Of a stretch of DNA of 61,337 bases, positions 12,072 through 25,437 are shown piece by piece. Made by a program: the position numbers and the translations under genes. Origin of the DNA: Vezdaea acicularis (lineage: Eukaryota); the NCBI GenBank assembly GCA_026025075.1, contig JAPEUI010000046.1:62001-123337 (forward strand). Reading direction: 5' to 3'. Numbering within the stretch: position 1 is the stretch's first letter; each line of letters starts with the position of its first letter. The notes under the pieces are model-generated. The model did no database searches and was not told where the DNA came from. It saw nothing but the letters and a program-made list of their open reading frames with translations.

Positions 12072-12983
12072 TCAACCATCAGGCCACCGATCCTTCTCCA
12101 ATGCTGCCCATGGATCTTCCAGAAAGCGAGGCGAGAAGTACACCATATCGCCGCGCTCGTTTCGCACGCCTTTCGCATACCGCGCCAGCTCTTCTCTGCT
12201 CATCCCTGTTTCGCCTCCAGTATTGGGCGTCTCAACTGCATTCTTGTCTGATCCGCCAGTGACGCCCTTGGAGTTGGGCACATCTTCAAGATTCAACCCT
12301 CCTTCCCCGTCCCTCTCGTTCTCATATCCATCCTTGAGAGTATCCAACCTGTCCACCTCTTTTCGAGCGACCATCGCCCCTTCCCGCGTACCGTCCCCCA
12401 TCCCTTTTGTGTTCCCAACCACGATCTCTTTCTCGGCAGCACGTGTCACCTCTCCCACCTTTGCCTCGCTTGTTCTAGGGCTAGATCCCTCGAATGCCGC
12501 CCATGGATCCTCGATGAAGCTGGGCTGGAAGTATACCATATCTCCTCTTGCATTCCGCACACCTTTCGCGTAAGCTGAGAGAGGAAGCTCGGTTCTATCT
12601 TCTTCGTTCAGAGCTTCTCCAGGCGCAATACCTCCCTTACCACCGGTCGGCACTGGAGGTCTGGGTGGTAGCCCCACAGGTCGTGTCAATTCTTTATTGC
12701 CCGGCCCGACCATCCCCTCCTCCTCCTTGACCATGCCCTCTCCGTATACACCCATATCCTCTCTGGAATGGTTATCTCCGGGCTTTTTCTGCTTTCGTTC
12801 ACCCAAAGCCATGGTATTCCCACCAGTGCCAACACTGGATGCATTTGGTGCGAGCACGGAATCTGTGCGGGGATTGAATTTTCGGCGCTTGGACGGTTGG
12901 CCGAAGCCGTTGAAGCCCATCAAGGAGAGAAGGGCTGGGTCTGCTTCTAGCTCATCATCGCTCATCGTGACTTTTGGGGTCAT
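12072..12983 (-). CDS. Uncharacterised low-complexity protein with an MGFxGFG motif, an NLS and two C-terminal YFxPxFxEDPW repeats (MPLKIP/TTDN1-like candidate)
   Basis: Intronless ORF; ATG at 12983 (or 12965); LMGFNGFGQPSKRRKF; motif duplicated with many synonymous differences, which indicates coding selection. Confidence 0.75.
   Translation of the reverse strand: MTPKVTMSDDELEADPALLSLMGFNGFGQPSKRRKFNPRTDSVLAPNASSVGTGGNTMALGERKQKKPGDNHSREDMGVYGEGMVKEEEGMVGPGNKELTRPVGLPPRPPVPTGGKGGIAPGEALNEEDRTELPLSAYAKGVRNARGDMVYFQPSFIEDPWAAFEGSSPRTSEAKVGEVTRAAEKEIVVGNTKGMGDGTREGAMVARKEVDRLDTLKDGYENERDGEGGLNLEDVPNSKGVTGGSDKNAVETPNTGGETGMSREELARYAKGVRNERGDMVYFSPRFLEDPWAALEKDRWPDG
12099..12580 (-). repeat. 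Intragenic duplicated ~28-codon module
   Basis: AYAKGVRNARGDMVYFQPSFIEDPWAAFE (~12490-12575) versus RYAKGVRNERGDMVYFSPRFLEDPWAALE (~12096-12184). Confidence 0.9.
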
Positions 12984-13298
12984 GGAGCGTTGTGTAACGC
13001 TAGGGTGGAGGTTGGATAAGACTTGTGGGAGCGTTCGAGAGCTCCGAAGGCATAGCAGACGGGAGGTAATTGGAGGAGAAAGGCGCGCTACTAGATCAGC
13101 ATTGAGATCTATGTGTTTACCTAGTGATATGCTGACTTCAAGCTCCAAAGATAAGAAAAGCCTAGAGTACAATAGTCATTTCGTTCCTTAGTGTATGACA
13201 GGTGCGTGATGACGCAGTGTTGAAAAAAAGATGCTCGGCTCCGTAACTTCGAAGTTTTCCCCCGCAACCCCGCGATATACCATCAGATTTGCAACACG

Positions 13299-16200
13299 AT
13301 GAAGCAGCGATTCTCCTCGCTGGACGTCAAGGTGTGCTAGCCCTGGTTGGACTTCAACAATCGTATCACGACTGACTCAAGCCACCTTATAGGTCATAGC
13401 TCACGAATTATCTAATTCGCTTTGTTCCCTTCGTCTCGCGAATGTCTACGATCTCTCTTCTGTATGTTCCCACCCCTTCACGCACCCCAGCACTTTCCCA
13501 GAGCTAACCTTTTATAAAACAGCGCATCTTCCTCCTCAAGTTCGCAAAACCAGGCACAAAGCACCAAGTCATCCTCGACTCCGGTTTCCGCTGCCACCTC
13601 ACACGCTTCACCCGTGCCCCCGCCGACCAGCCTTCCGCCTTTGTCATCCGCCTTCGCAAATATCTGAAGACTCGCCGCATCACTGCAGTACGGCAGATTG
13701 GTACAGACCGTATAATTGAGTTCGAGTTTGGCGATGGTCTGTACCGCCTCTTCCTGGAGTTCTACGCCGGCGGGAACGTCGTGCTTACGGACAGGGAGCT
13801 GAATGTCTTGGCCGTGTTGAGGATTGTGAGTGAGGGCGAGGGTGGAGAGGTGGTAAGAGTTGGTGTGAAGTATGGATTGGAGAACAGGCAGAATTATCCC
13901 ACGACGCCGGAGCTGACAAAGGAGAGGGTGAAAGAGGGTCTAGCAAGGGCGGTGGAGAAGAAGTCGGAGGGAGAAGGAAGCAAGAGAAAAGGCAAATCGA
14001 GGCCGGGAGATGCATTGAGGAAGGCATTGGCTGTCAGCATCACCGAGCTGAGCCCAATGGTGGTGGAACATTGTCTTCTCACTAGCAAATTTGACCTAAG
14101 CTTGACGCCAGAAGACATCATTAAGGACGATGCCTCGTTGGATGATCTTCTGGCGTCCCTCAAGAAGGCAGAAAGTTTGGTTCAGGAGATTATGAGTGCG
14201 GAAAAAATTGAAGGATACATCATTGCAAAGCCTCGCAAGAGTAATTCGGGCGTCAGAGATTCAACAGAACCTTCAGATTCGACTGACACCCCCTCTCTCA
14301 TGTACGACGATTTTCACCCCTTTCGACCTGCGCAATTTCTCTCCGACCCTAACGCAAAGATCCTCCCCTTCTCCGGTTTTAACAGCACCGTCGACGAATT
14401 CTTCTCGTCTATTGAAGGACAAAAACTCGAAGGCCGACTTGCGGAACGGGAAGAGACAGCCAAAAAGAAACTTCTGGCTGCAAAGAGAGACCAGCAAAAC
14501 CGGCTTGGTGGTTTGCAAGAACTACAAGAGTTGAACGAACGCAAGGCACAAGCTATCGAAGCAAACGTGGAGAGGGTAGAAGAGGCGATAGGCGCCATCA
14601 ACGGCCTGTTAGCTCAGGGCATGGATTGGGTGGAGATGGCAAGGCTAATAGAGATGGAGCAAGCAAGGGGCAACCCGGTGGCTAATACGGTGAAGTTGCC
14701 ATTGAAGCTGTACGAAAACACAATTACACTTGCGCTCGGAGAGCCGGTGTTTGGGGAAGACGAAAGCGACGAAGGAGATAAGACTGACAGTGATGTGCCT
14801 GAGAGCGATGAGGAAGACAAGAAGAAAAACCTTAAAACTCAGAATGCGCCATCTGCCAAAAGCAAGACGCTAAGCGTGGATGTGGACCTTGCGCTCTCGC
14901 CCTGGGCCAATGCTCGACAATACTACGAGAATAAACGATCGGCAGCGGAGAAAGAGCAGAAGACGTTGCAGTCATCTTCGAAGGCGTTGAAGAGTACGGA
15001 ACGTAAAGTAGCGGCGGACCTGAAAAAAGGCCTGAAGCAGGAGAAGGACATATTAAGGCCGGTTCGGAACCAGCATTGGTTTGAGAAGTTTTTCTTCTTT
15101 GCCTCTTCAGATGGCTATCTTGTCCTCAGGTAAGACTAACTTCTCTAGTCGTTGATCTTAGAGGTGATGAATTGCTGACCGGATTTAGCGGAAAGGATGC
15201 GCAGCAAAACGAAATGTTATATCGACGCCACTTTAAGCGCGGCGATGTCTACGTACACGCCGATCTTGCTGGTGCCGCTATAGTCATCATCAAGAACAGG
15301 CCCTCGACTCCAGATGCATCAATCCCTCCTTCCACCCTCTCCCAAGCTGGAAACCTCTCCGTAGCAATATCTAAAGCCTGGGAGACAAAAGCAGTCATGT
15401 CCGCCTGGTGGGCTAATGCAGATCAAGTTACAAAGCTCACGCCGCAAGGAGACTACCTTCCTGTTGGAGAGTTTCTGGTCAAAGGCAAGAAGAACTTCCT
15501 GCCACCAGCTCAATTGTTGTTGGGATTTGGCGTGCTCTTCCAGATCAGCGAGGAAAGTAAGGTCAACCATACGAAACATAGAGTTAAGGAAGACATTGGG
15601 GAGACAGCCACAGATAAAAAACAAGAGGATGATGTTGAGGACGGGTCTGAACAAGGCTCATCTCACGATGAAAATGACGCTCATGAAGTTCTTCAAGAGG
15701 AAAGTGAGGAGGAAGATGAGGACTTCCCTGATGTCCAGCTCGAGTCTGACTCCGATGATGAGAAAGAAGAAAGTCGCAACCCTCTAGTCAGGCACACCCC
15801 ACTAAAGTCCTCGAAACCAATTCAATCCCAACGACAGGACCTGAGGGAGGTGTCAGTAAGACAAAAGCCTAATAGTCATAAAGAAAATCTCGTCCCACCC
15901 CACGTCCACAAAGAGCACGAACCTGAAAATCGACCGCTTAGAGAGCGAAATGATCATTCAGAAGATGAAGGTGACTCGTCGGACGGATCACATGCATCGG
16001 GTCCTCCTAGTCTTACTACCGCAAAACCCCCTCCAAAAGGAACCTCCATACCCATGAGTAAAGAAAATAAAGATCGACCTGCTGGCCCCCCAAAACGCGG
16101 CAAGCGTGGTAAGAACAAGAAGCTCGCCACAAAATATGCCAATCAAGACGAAGAAGACCGCGCCCTTGCTATGGCGCTCCTCGGCTCCGCTGCCGCAAAA

Positions 16201-16779
16201 GAAAAAGCTTCCGAAGAAGCGCGGGCAAAGGAGGCTCGAGAGAAAGAACTTGCCTTCCAAAAGCAGCGGCGGCGCGATCAGCACCTGAAAACTGAACGCG
16301 AGGGTAAAGAGGCCGAAGCATTGCGCCAGCAGCAGTTCGCTGGCGACACCGAGGCAGACGCAGAAGACGAAGCTACGACGCCCTTTCCAGACCTGGATTT
16401 GTTCGTGGGGACGCCACATCCAGCCGATACGCTAGTAGCGGCGCTGCCCGTGTGCGCGCCATGGAATAGCATGGGACGGTACAAGTACAAAGCAAAGCTG
16501 ATGCCTGGCGCCCAGAAGAAGGGGAAGGTCATAAAGGAGATACTGCATTTCTGGGTTGGGGAGGGGAACCAACGGATGGTGGATACGAAGGGGGAGGATA
16601 TTGAGAAGGTGTGGCCGCGGGAGATGGAGCTCATTCGCGGGTGGAGGGATGTAGAGGTTGTAGGAACCATAGGAGTCGGGAAGTGTAGGGTTAGTATGCC
16701 CGGAGCGAGGGGCAAGACGGCGCCAGGGGAGAGGGGTGGGAAGGGGAAAAGGGGGGGAAGGGGGAGTAAGAAGAAGTAG
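13299..16779 (+). CDS. RQC2: Ribosome quality control complex subunit 2 (Rqc2/Tae2/NEMF)
   Basis: MKQRFSSLDVK start, GTDRIIEF, LEFYAGGNVVLTD, WFEKFFFFASSDGYLVL, GKDAQQNEMLY, YVHADLAGA, C-terminal PVCAPW..KYKAKLMPG. Three introns. Confidence 0.96.
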
Positions 16780-17386
16780 GGTATATCCACTTTTAAACAG
16801 AAATTACGTGCTGTCGCGCCATACGTACTCTATGTTCGTACGTAACGGGTCAAGAGCTCAGGAAAAATCACAACGCGCCCCTAGTCACCATCACACACGG
16901 GAGCCTTGTTGCGCAGCCATATGTACTATATCTCGCACAGTGCATCCTAATGATCTTTATCAACGTTGGTGTTAAACCTGGTTGGGGAAGATATATGTCG
17001 ATGACCCAACAAAGTCAACTCAGCCGTGAGGCTTGGGCTGTTTTCTTGTCATGTATACATGTCCATATCCTTTTCAAATGTCTGAAGTCCTGGCTGGCTG
17101 GAATCCCTGACTGATATCTTTACAAGGTTGTCGTTTCAATGGGGGTAGACTCGAGAGGCATTGGTTGGATCATGCAGTTGAAGGTCGTGTATTCGGGATG
17201 AGCAGAAGATGAGCTTTTCAACATTTGAGCTTCTGGAGCCTTCTCCAGAGCTGGGGCGGTCAAAAGCGGAGTAAGGAAAGGCCATGCCTCTAGGCGCAAA
17301 AGCAGATTGCATTAATATGTATTGCAATTGCTCTAGGGATGTTACAACAAAAGTACGCCGCGAAAGGACTACTGCGCTGTATGGAA

Positions 17387-18112
17387 TTAAAGTCCCTGAC
17401 GTAACCTCTCTTTCAGCGTCGCCTTTCCCAACTCCCACACATTTTGTAACCCCTGCTCGCTGAGATCAATCCCCCTGATATTTGAGATGTCTTGCGTCGG
17501 CGGCCTGCTCACGCGGCTGGCCACAACCACTGGGTCTGTCTCGAGGATGATGCCGTCGTCTACAATCTCGTCTATGGCGAGGGCGACGAGGTCGTAATTC
17601 TCGATTATTGTGCGTTTGTCGGTAGACCCTCTATGCGGGGAGAAGTAAGAAGTCAGTGATCCGCCCTCTTTGAAGTGTTCTATCTAGGGTGTAGAGAGAC
17701 GTCGAGGGATCAATCCAGGAAATACATACTTAAGCAGGATATTCAGCGCATCCCTCAAGCAGAGTACCACATTATAGAGCAGAATCTCATTCTCTTCACC
17801 CCCACCAACAACGTAAAGCATCACATCCCCTTCGGTCTTGAATACCACAATCCTGTTATCATACAATATTACGTCCGTGTTCTGCTTCACCGTCTTCTCT
17901 AATAAGCCCTTCTCGAATGCTTTTTGCTCTTTGAGGGTCGGATATGGGTTTTTGCCGGGGTATGAAGCGGGCGCGGAGGAGCTATGGGAGGAGTGCGGAG
18001 GGTGTTGTGGGTGATGAGGAGCATCGTAATATTTGGCAAGGATTCGACTGCTGTCATCGCAGGCAAATATGAGGATTGCATTTGTGGAAAAGAGGGAGAT
18101 TTCGGGCGCCAT
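17387..18112 (-). CDS. RET3: Coatomer (COPI) zeta subunit
   Basis: RILAKYY, EQKAFEKGLLEKT, ENEILLYNVVL, then after intron 17729-17631 STDKRTIIENYDLVALAIDEIVDDGIILETDP...RLRQGL*. Confidence 0.95.
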
Positions 18113-18423
18113 AGTGGTGGTCCTGGGTGGTTATGTGGAGGAAGTAACTTGAGCGATTCAAAAGATGTTTCTCGGCCTGGAATGGATTGGGAGGCGGATC
18201 ACTGCACGGTATTTTAGCACCTTGGGGGCTGCTACTATTGTATTCATTTGGCAGTCCTGATTCAGATAAACAACTCAATTATTTGAAGGCTTAGAAATGT
18301 TGCTACAAGTGCTAAAATCTCCAATAAACCTCTCTCTATGTAGTCCGCCTCCAAATACTATTGATCATGCTCTGACCATCCATACCTCTAGAGTAGAAGA
18401 GTCCACACATAACAACGCTAAAT

Positions 18424-20838
18424 TTATGCAGAAATGCTTGCGAAGCTCTTATCTTCTTCATGCAAAGAACCCTGTAATGGAGCCACGGTATCATGCATTA
18501 GTATGCTCGCTCGCTCTGGTGTAATCCCCCGTAACCTTAAGATATGATCGGTCGATGACGACCGAGATTGCTCAGCGCTTTCTAGAGCTCGACCATCCAT
18601 AAAGTCTTTTGAAGCCCAGGGGTCGCTCCTGATATATTGAATCTCATCTTTTTCAAGGCCGAGGATCAGCTCGCGGTCATATTTCAGCATGGGCTGTCCT
18701 CCTGCAACAGCTTCTTCCACCTTATTCTGACGCCGTGCTTCGTATACTTCAGCATCGTGCATTAATTCATTTGTGGATCTCCAGTTTTCGTAGCGCAGTT
18801 CATCTAATGGAAAGCAAGTCTTGGTCATGAACGGGGCCTCCGGTGGCGTTTGCGCCAATAATTCTCGTTGGAGCGGGTCAGTAGAGAGTTGCTCATAGAT
18901 ATCGCGATCGTGATTAGACGACGCAGTACCAGATGAACGCCATGGAGACATAGGTATTCGTGACTTGAAATGATCATGAACGCGGCCGGATTGGATGAGA
19001 GAGCCAAGCTCCTTAAGTCTTGCATTGAGCTCTCTCATTTCAGCGTCCATATGCTCCGCATGTGTAGGTAAAATATTTGAAATTGTACAGGGTGCAGGGC
19101 TCAAGGTTCGTCCAACCTCCCTTTGAAGCTCTCGTGCTGCTTGCTTTGCCACACCACTGTCCATGCTTTCCCTATGCTGAGAAAGCTGGGCTTCGACGTA
19201 AGATAAATGGCCGGCTTTGCATCCAGCGCGGATGAGGGCTTTCCAATCTTTAATATTCTCCGGGGATACCCGCTGGCTCTGCGCAAGGCTCACTTCAACT
19301 AGGCTTTCCCAAGTGGTCTCAATTAGTCGAGTGTTGCTCAAATCCCCAGCAGTGTTTAAGATCGTTCGAAGAGTGATCTCATTCATTTCCAGTCGTCGAT
19401 CTTTGAGCTCTCTTAGAGAATAGTCGATCAAAGTCTGACTCTTCAGCTGTCCAGCTATAGAAATGATTGTGTTGAAAGTTGCTGTGGTAGCGCTTAACTG
19501 TAGGACCTCCAAAAGCTCTAGGACTTCTTTGGCCTTTTCAAGCGGAAGCTGTTCATGGTCTTGTGGCTTTGTGTGAGTAGCTGGGCTCGTTTCGCCATAA
19601 TTCGTACCACTCAACAGCGAGCCGAGAACTCCTCTAATCAATGCATTCATATGAAGAATATTCGGCGACCCTCCAGCGCTGTAGTAGGCATATACAGCGT
19701 TCGCCATAGCATTCGCGAGGACAGCATTTGATGGAGGTTCATTTCGAGTGTGTTGGGCATCGGCTAGGCAGACCAGTAAAGTCATGAGATGGCTGCTATC
19801 AACGATATTTCCCGACCGACAAGCCATAAGGAAAACCTTGTAGCTCTCTTTGAGAGGCCGCTCTGAGAGGAACACGCCAATCATATCGCTGGGTACTTGA
19901 TACGCATGGAGCCTGAAAGCTGTATCGAGAGCCAAATATGCGCCGCGCCAGTCTCGATGTAGAAGACGTGCAGTTATAATCCCTTTCAAGAGATTCATAC
20001 TAGTTCCCGGAACGACGCTGGGCTGGGACCGATCTTGAACAATGGCATTAGGAGACAGATGATACTCAGTGAAGAGGCCAGGAGAATGCTTTTGACCTGC
20101 AGTGAACATTTCCTCTAAAGTCGATAATGGCTCGCCAGCAACTGCCAACAACTCTATCGCTGCTCCATAAGTCGGCGCGGTCATGTACTCCTCGTCTTTC
20201 CTAGCAACTCGAGATAGAAACTGCTTCCCTTGATCGAATTGCTTGGAGTCTTTATAAAAATTCAGGAAGACAGTAGTTGCATGAGAATGGGGTGGTATTC
20301 TCTTGTGCATCATATCATCTAGGACAATATCAATAGCATCTTGAAGCCTCTTTCCGTCGGCCCCTGGAAAACGCTGTTTTTGCATGTAGCAGCTACAGAG
20401 CATCTCAACCAGACTGAAGGTGTCTGTAGCAGATAGTAGTGATCTCTCCACCAAACCCGGATACAAGTGCAAGACGGCCGTTTCATCACGACGAGCAACT
20501 GCGGAACGGAAGGTGGACAACTAGCGGGAGAGTAAGTAATCATTCGTCCTAATCAATCCTAAAGGGTTGATTACTGTTTCTTTGGCCTCCAATCTCTCCT
20601 TTTCAAATGCGTCGATGCTAGGATAAGACTTTGTCCTTGATCTGGATTGGGGTTTCTTCTTCTCAAAAACCCTTTTGGGAGCTACATTGTGGCGTGCTTG
20701 CGACTGCACCGTCCGCAGGCGAGTCTTGGACGGTAATATTGCAGGAATTGACGCACAGCGAGGCACTAAGAATGGTGCTTTAGGACATACTATGATATTC
20801 CATTGTGCTCGAGCAAGCTTTAGATGCGAACCCGACAT
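18424..20838 (-). CDS. Probable mitochondrial pentatricopeptide (PPR)-like helical repeat protein
   Basis: Basic presequence-like N-terminus; PPR-like segments (TAPTYGAAIELLA, ATTATFNTIISIAGQLK, NEITLRTILNTAG). The two ORF-track pieces join through a 54-nt phase-0 intron, 20574-20521. Confidence 0.65.
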
Positions 20839-21369
20839 CTAGGTGCAAACGTGCGCCGTTGAAGCGCAAGGCGTAAGTTCGAAAGGGTTGATGCAGCACG
20901 AAAATGTTCCCCTCGAGACCTGCAGCCGAATTATACCTAACCTTGAAGGGCTAGCGCGACGCCAACACGCGATGATTGCTCGACCAATAGATAGTCAGGG
21001 ATCATCGGAACCAAATGGGGAAAATGATGCCCCTCCGAAGTAAATGCCCCACCAAGCAGGAACGCCTCGTAGCTTGTAACGAAACCAACGCCAATAGTCT
21101 GCCCGCAGCGCAAGGAAATTAGTGGTCACACAGTTCCGAAACAGACTGACGGGAGACTCTAGTTGACTGCTTCCTACTCCGTCTAATTTTACCTCAATTG
21201 AGGCCCAAAGCTATTGCTCAAACTCTGCGGTGCATGGTCGGACGTATCCGCCAATACCCGTAACAAAACAAAAGCAACCCCTCGCACCTGACCACCTCTG
21301 GGAAGCCAGAGAAATAAAACTCATCCACCGTGCAGTTCTTCAAACAAACTATCCATAGCACTTTTCAAA

Positions 21370-23013
21370 ATGGTTACAGGAGCCAAGAAACCACCCTCCC
21401 GAAAGGGGTCCATGGCCGACGTGCCAAAGGACCTCTTGGAAGCGCACGCAGAGCTCGAACAGCTTTTTACTGTTGATCAGACAAAACTGAAAGAGATCAC
21501 AGAGCACTTCGTTTCCGAACTAGCTAAGGGTCTAAGCGTTGAGGGTGGCAGTATCGTATGCACCCATCTAGTTATATGCTTTAGAGGGGAGATTTAGAAG
21601 AAGGAACACTGACAACTCTCGTAGCCTATGATTCCGACTTGGGTCATGGACTATCCGACTGGCCATGAAACGGGCACATTCCTTGCTCTAGATATGGGCG
21701 GAACAAATCTACGTGTCTGCGAGGTAGAATTGACCGAGGAGAAGGGCGAGTTTGATATCATTCAATCAAAATACCGCCTACCAGAGGAGATCAAGTCAGG
21801 GTCAGCCGAAGACATGTGGGAGTATATCGCTGAGTGTATTCAACAGTTTATTGAATACCACCACGAAGAGGAAAACATAGAAAAGCTTAACCTTGGGTTC
21901 TGCTTTTCATATCCGGTTACTCAAGATTACATCAATCATGGTGTGCTGCAGAGGTGGACGAAAGGGTTCGATGTTCCTGGAATTGAAGGACATGACATAG
22001 TTCCTATGTTTGAAGCTGCTTGTAAAGCCAGAGTTAGACCATCCGAATGTTCTTCCCTTCTAAAGTGCAAAGCTTCTGATGCCATCTGAAATGATAGGGA
22101 GTCCCGATTAAGCTGACAGCTCTGATTAATGACACAACCGGTACCTTGATTGCCTCAGCATACACCGACGAGCAAATGAAGATCGGATGCATCTTTGGAA
22201 CAGGATGCAACGCTGCCTATTTCGAGGATATCGGCTCAATTCCGAAGCTCGCACATCTGAAGCTGGACCCCAAATTGCTGATTGCGATCAATTGTGAGTA
22301 CGGAGCTTTCGACAATGAGCATGTAGTCCTGCCGCGAACACCCTACGATATTGCTATCGATCGAGACTCGCCACGGCCAGGCCAACAAGCTTTCGAGAAG
22401 ATGATTGCAGGGCTTTATCTCGGCGAGATATTCCGACTTGTCCTCGTAGATCTCCATGAGAGACCTGGCTGTCATATCTTTGAAGGCCAGAAGATTGACA
22501 AACTTCGAAAACCATATAGTTTAGACTCGTCCTTTCTCTCGGCTATTGAGGAGTAAGGCACAGCCAGTACTTCTGTCGCAAGTAAGATGCTGACAGCTTT
22601 GCAGGGACCCCTTTGAAAATCTGTCGGAAACACACGACCTCCTCCAAGCCAAACTGGGCCTCGTTTGCACAAAACCCGAACTCGAGCTCTGCCGCCAACT
22701 CGCCGAACTCATCGGCACCCGCGCCGCTCGCCTCTCCGCCTGTGGTGTTGCGGCCATCTGTAAGAAGAAGAACATCGAGGCTTGCCATGTTGGCGCCGAT
22801 GGGTCTGTCTTCAACAAGTATCCCCACTTCAAAGAACGAGGCGCTCAGGCTCTCAGAGAGATTTTGGACTGGAAGGGGAAGAAACAGCCGATCGTGCTTC
22901 ACCCCGCTGAAGATGGCAGTGGCGTTGGCGCTGCACTGATTGCGGCTCTAACTCTGCAGCGAATACAAAAAGGTAATCTTGCTGGTATCAAGAATGCTGT
23001 TGGCATGACGTGA
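21370..23013 (+). CDS. HXK: Hexokinase
   Basis: RKGSMAD, FLALDMGGTNLRV, LGFCFSYP, LQRWTKGF, LINDTTGTL, IFGTGCNAAY, AEDGSGVGAAL. Three introns. Confidence 0.97.
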
Positions 23014-23303
23014 ATTCAAGACCCCTAGCAGAACATTCATGGATAGAACCGCGCTGGGAAAACAGACCTAGCAGTCTATGGGGACAAGACTCTTAGATTG
23101 GCTCTGGCATTCGCTTCTGATCTTACGTTCAGGGGATGACTTTCACTCTAGATGCCTTCAGGCGAGATCAGCTCTGTGTTAGTAGCTTAAGAACAACATG
23201 TTAGCATCGCAAACTGGTTTCAAACATATTTTCGAGAGCTTGATTCCATTTTGAGCGCACATTGGGTGCACGTAGCCAAGCATAGCCAGAAAGAACTCAT
23301 CCC

Positions 23304-25325
23304 TTAGCTGCGAATCTCCCATAATCGTATCTTTCCCTGCTCATTCGCCACAGAGAGCATATCTGACCCGGGGGAGAAAGCAACGGCCGTGATCCTGCCC
23401 AATGGCGTCGCGGATGTTGGCCAATTCCTGTAGACTGTACATGAAGGCAGATGAACTAGACCGATTGTTAGTATTGCCCAGTGGGGCTTCTAGAAACCCA
23501 CTTACCAAGTCTAAGCGCATCCCTCTTCCAGCGGCTTCCTATCGCAAGTAACTGCCCATCCGCGGAAAAAACCAGATGACTGATAGCTGTTGTGAGTTGA
23601 TCCAGGACTCGCGTCGGCTTCGGCAGCTTAGGTACTTCTCCTTGACTCCAAAGCCGTCGATCATAAATATTCACGATTCCGCTCGAGCTCCCAATTGCGA
23701 CCCATCGATCGCCACCTAAACTATCTTCCCCTCCCTTTCCACCAAGCCCAAGTACTGTTGTCCCTAAGGCGCCATCGTCTGTCCAGCGTGCCAGCATGCG
23801 CCGTTCATGAATGCTCCACTCCCCGACCTCGCCGCCCTTGCCCACAAGGGTCAGGCCACTACCATCTCTCCACCATGCGAAGTCTGCAAGACCGCCACGG
23901 CCGTCTATGCGCACTTGTGCAATCCACTGACACGTTTCGGCGCTGAGAATATTCACGGCTCCTGCGCCTTTCCGCTCTGAGCTGATAAGACCCATCCATC
24001 GTCCACAGGGTGAGAGTTTGAAATGCTCCATGGTTCGCTGAGAGCCATCGTGACCGTAGATACGCGTGGTCTTTTGTATGTTGCCTAAGGGGAGATCCCA
24101 GGTGTGAAAGTAGCGACGGCGGCCTGAGAAAAAAATGCGGTCGCCAGTTGGGGGGTGGAAGGCTGCTGTTTTGATTGGGGTGTGCTTTATATGTAGGGAA
24201 GTGACGAGAGGGTTCGGTGGGACGAGGGTGGGGGCTACATGATGCAGGTAAATGGTTGAAGCAGGGCCGGAGGAAAGAAGAAGGGGGAAGTGAGGGTGAA
24301 ACGAGAGAGATTCAATGGCGGACTGAAGGTCAGCATCGCACATGAGGGCATGGGAAGCTGTACTCACTGGCTGTAACGTACTGACGTCTCTAGTTCGCTG
24401 AAGGTCCAGAACCTCTGGCTTTAGCTTCCTTTTCTTACCATCAGTGGACGCACGATTGTTTGTGAAGGGCTCAGCGCTCCGAAGAAGTCTCGCAAGGGGC
24501 TTGACAGAAAGCTCCTCGTCGTCTGTATTGAGTTCCTCTGAACCAGGTCCATCTGAAGAGACTTCCGCTCCGCCTGAGCTTTTCCGCCGTTGTTTTCTAC
24601 TTCCTTCTTTAGGTGGGAGAGCCCAGTCAGGCACGGGATATAGAAGCTCAAACCTGCAAAGTTGAGTCAGAATGTAAAACGTAGCTAGCCGGCTAATGCT
24701 TACTGTTTCCGCAGTCTTTTAATATACTCTCTCCCACTGACGACGTCTTCGGCTTCGTCCCTTCTCAGCTTACGGAGTCGAGGATTTGAGGCAAGCGAGA
24801 TCATGATGCGGTCGTCATCGCTATCTTCCCAAGCCGCCCCTTCGTCCGAGGAGGACTCAACCTCTCTCGAAGTGTCTCTGATGCTGGTAGTATTCCCATT
24901 CAATCCCTTAGCGCCTGTATCTACAAAGAAGAGCTGCAACATAAGCGTTTGAATGGCATGCGCTTGATTAGGAGCTTGTAACTCACATCTTCATCCTCTA
25001 AATCAGCGAAGCTTTTATCTTTAGACTCTTGAGCTCCCACTTCCGCCTCTTCTCTACCTTGAGCACTGTCGAATGGCTCCGGCTCCTGCTCCGATTCTGC
25101 GCCCGAGTCAAAGGCTACATTTTCATGCCGCCTTAGTTGCTCAAGAAAGCCTGCATCATCCCCAAAGACCAACTTCTCAAGCTCTTCCTCTGCTGGGTCC
25201 TTCTCCTCCGCGTCGTCCATCTCAATGTCTGAAGGAACCTCATCTCGAGCTGAAGGTGACGATTGCTGAGACGCACTCTTGCCATTGACCTGTGAACGGG
25301 TAATATGATCGGGTCTGCTGGACAT
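23304..25325 (-). CDS. UTP18: U3 snoRNA-associated WD40 protein Utp18
   Basis: EEELEKLVFGD, AAWEDSDD, RLRKLR..EAED, PDWA, SGRRRYFHTWDL, SRWKRDALRLVHLPSCTVYRNWPTSATP. Four introns. Confidence 0.93.
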
Positions 25326-25437
25326 GATATGTTGAGGGACCTCAAGAATGAAGGCTGTGGAGATTGCTGGTATATAGAACGAAGTTCTAAATGCTCTGCA
25401 AGGTCAATGAACAGACTTGGGTCGCCTCGGCAAAAAT

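Noticed and set aside
20521..20574. In-frame TAG between two ORFs of the PPR-like gene, suggesting A-to-I stop correction or readthrough
   Set aside because: The TAG is the acceptor of a 54-nt phase-0 intron (GTAATC...CTTAC...TAG), which restores the frame simply.
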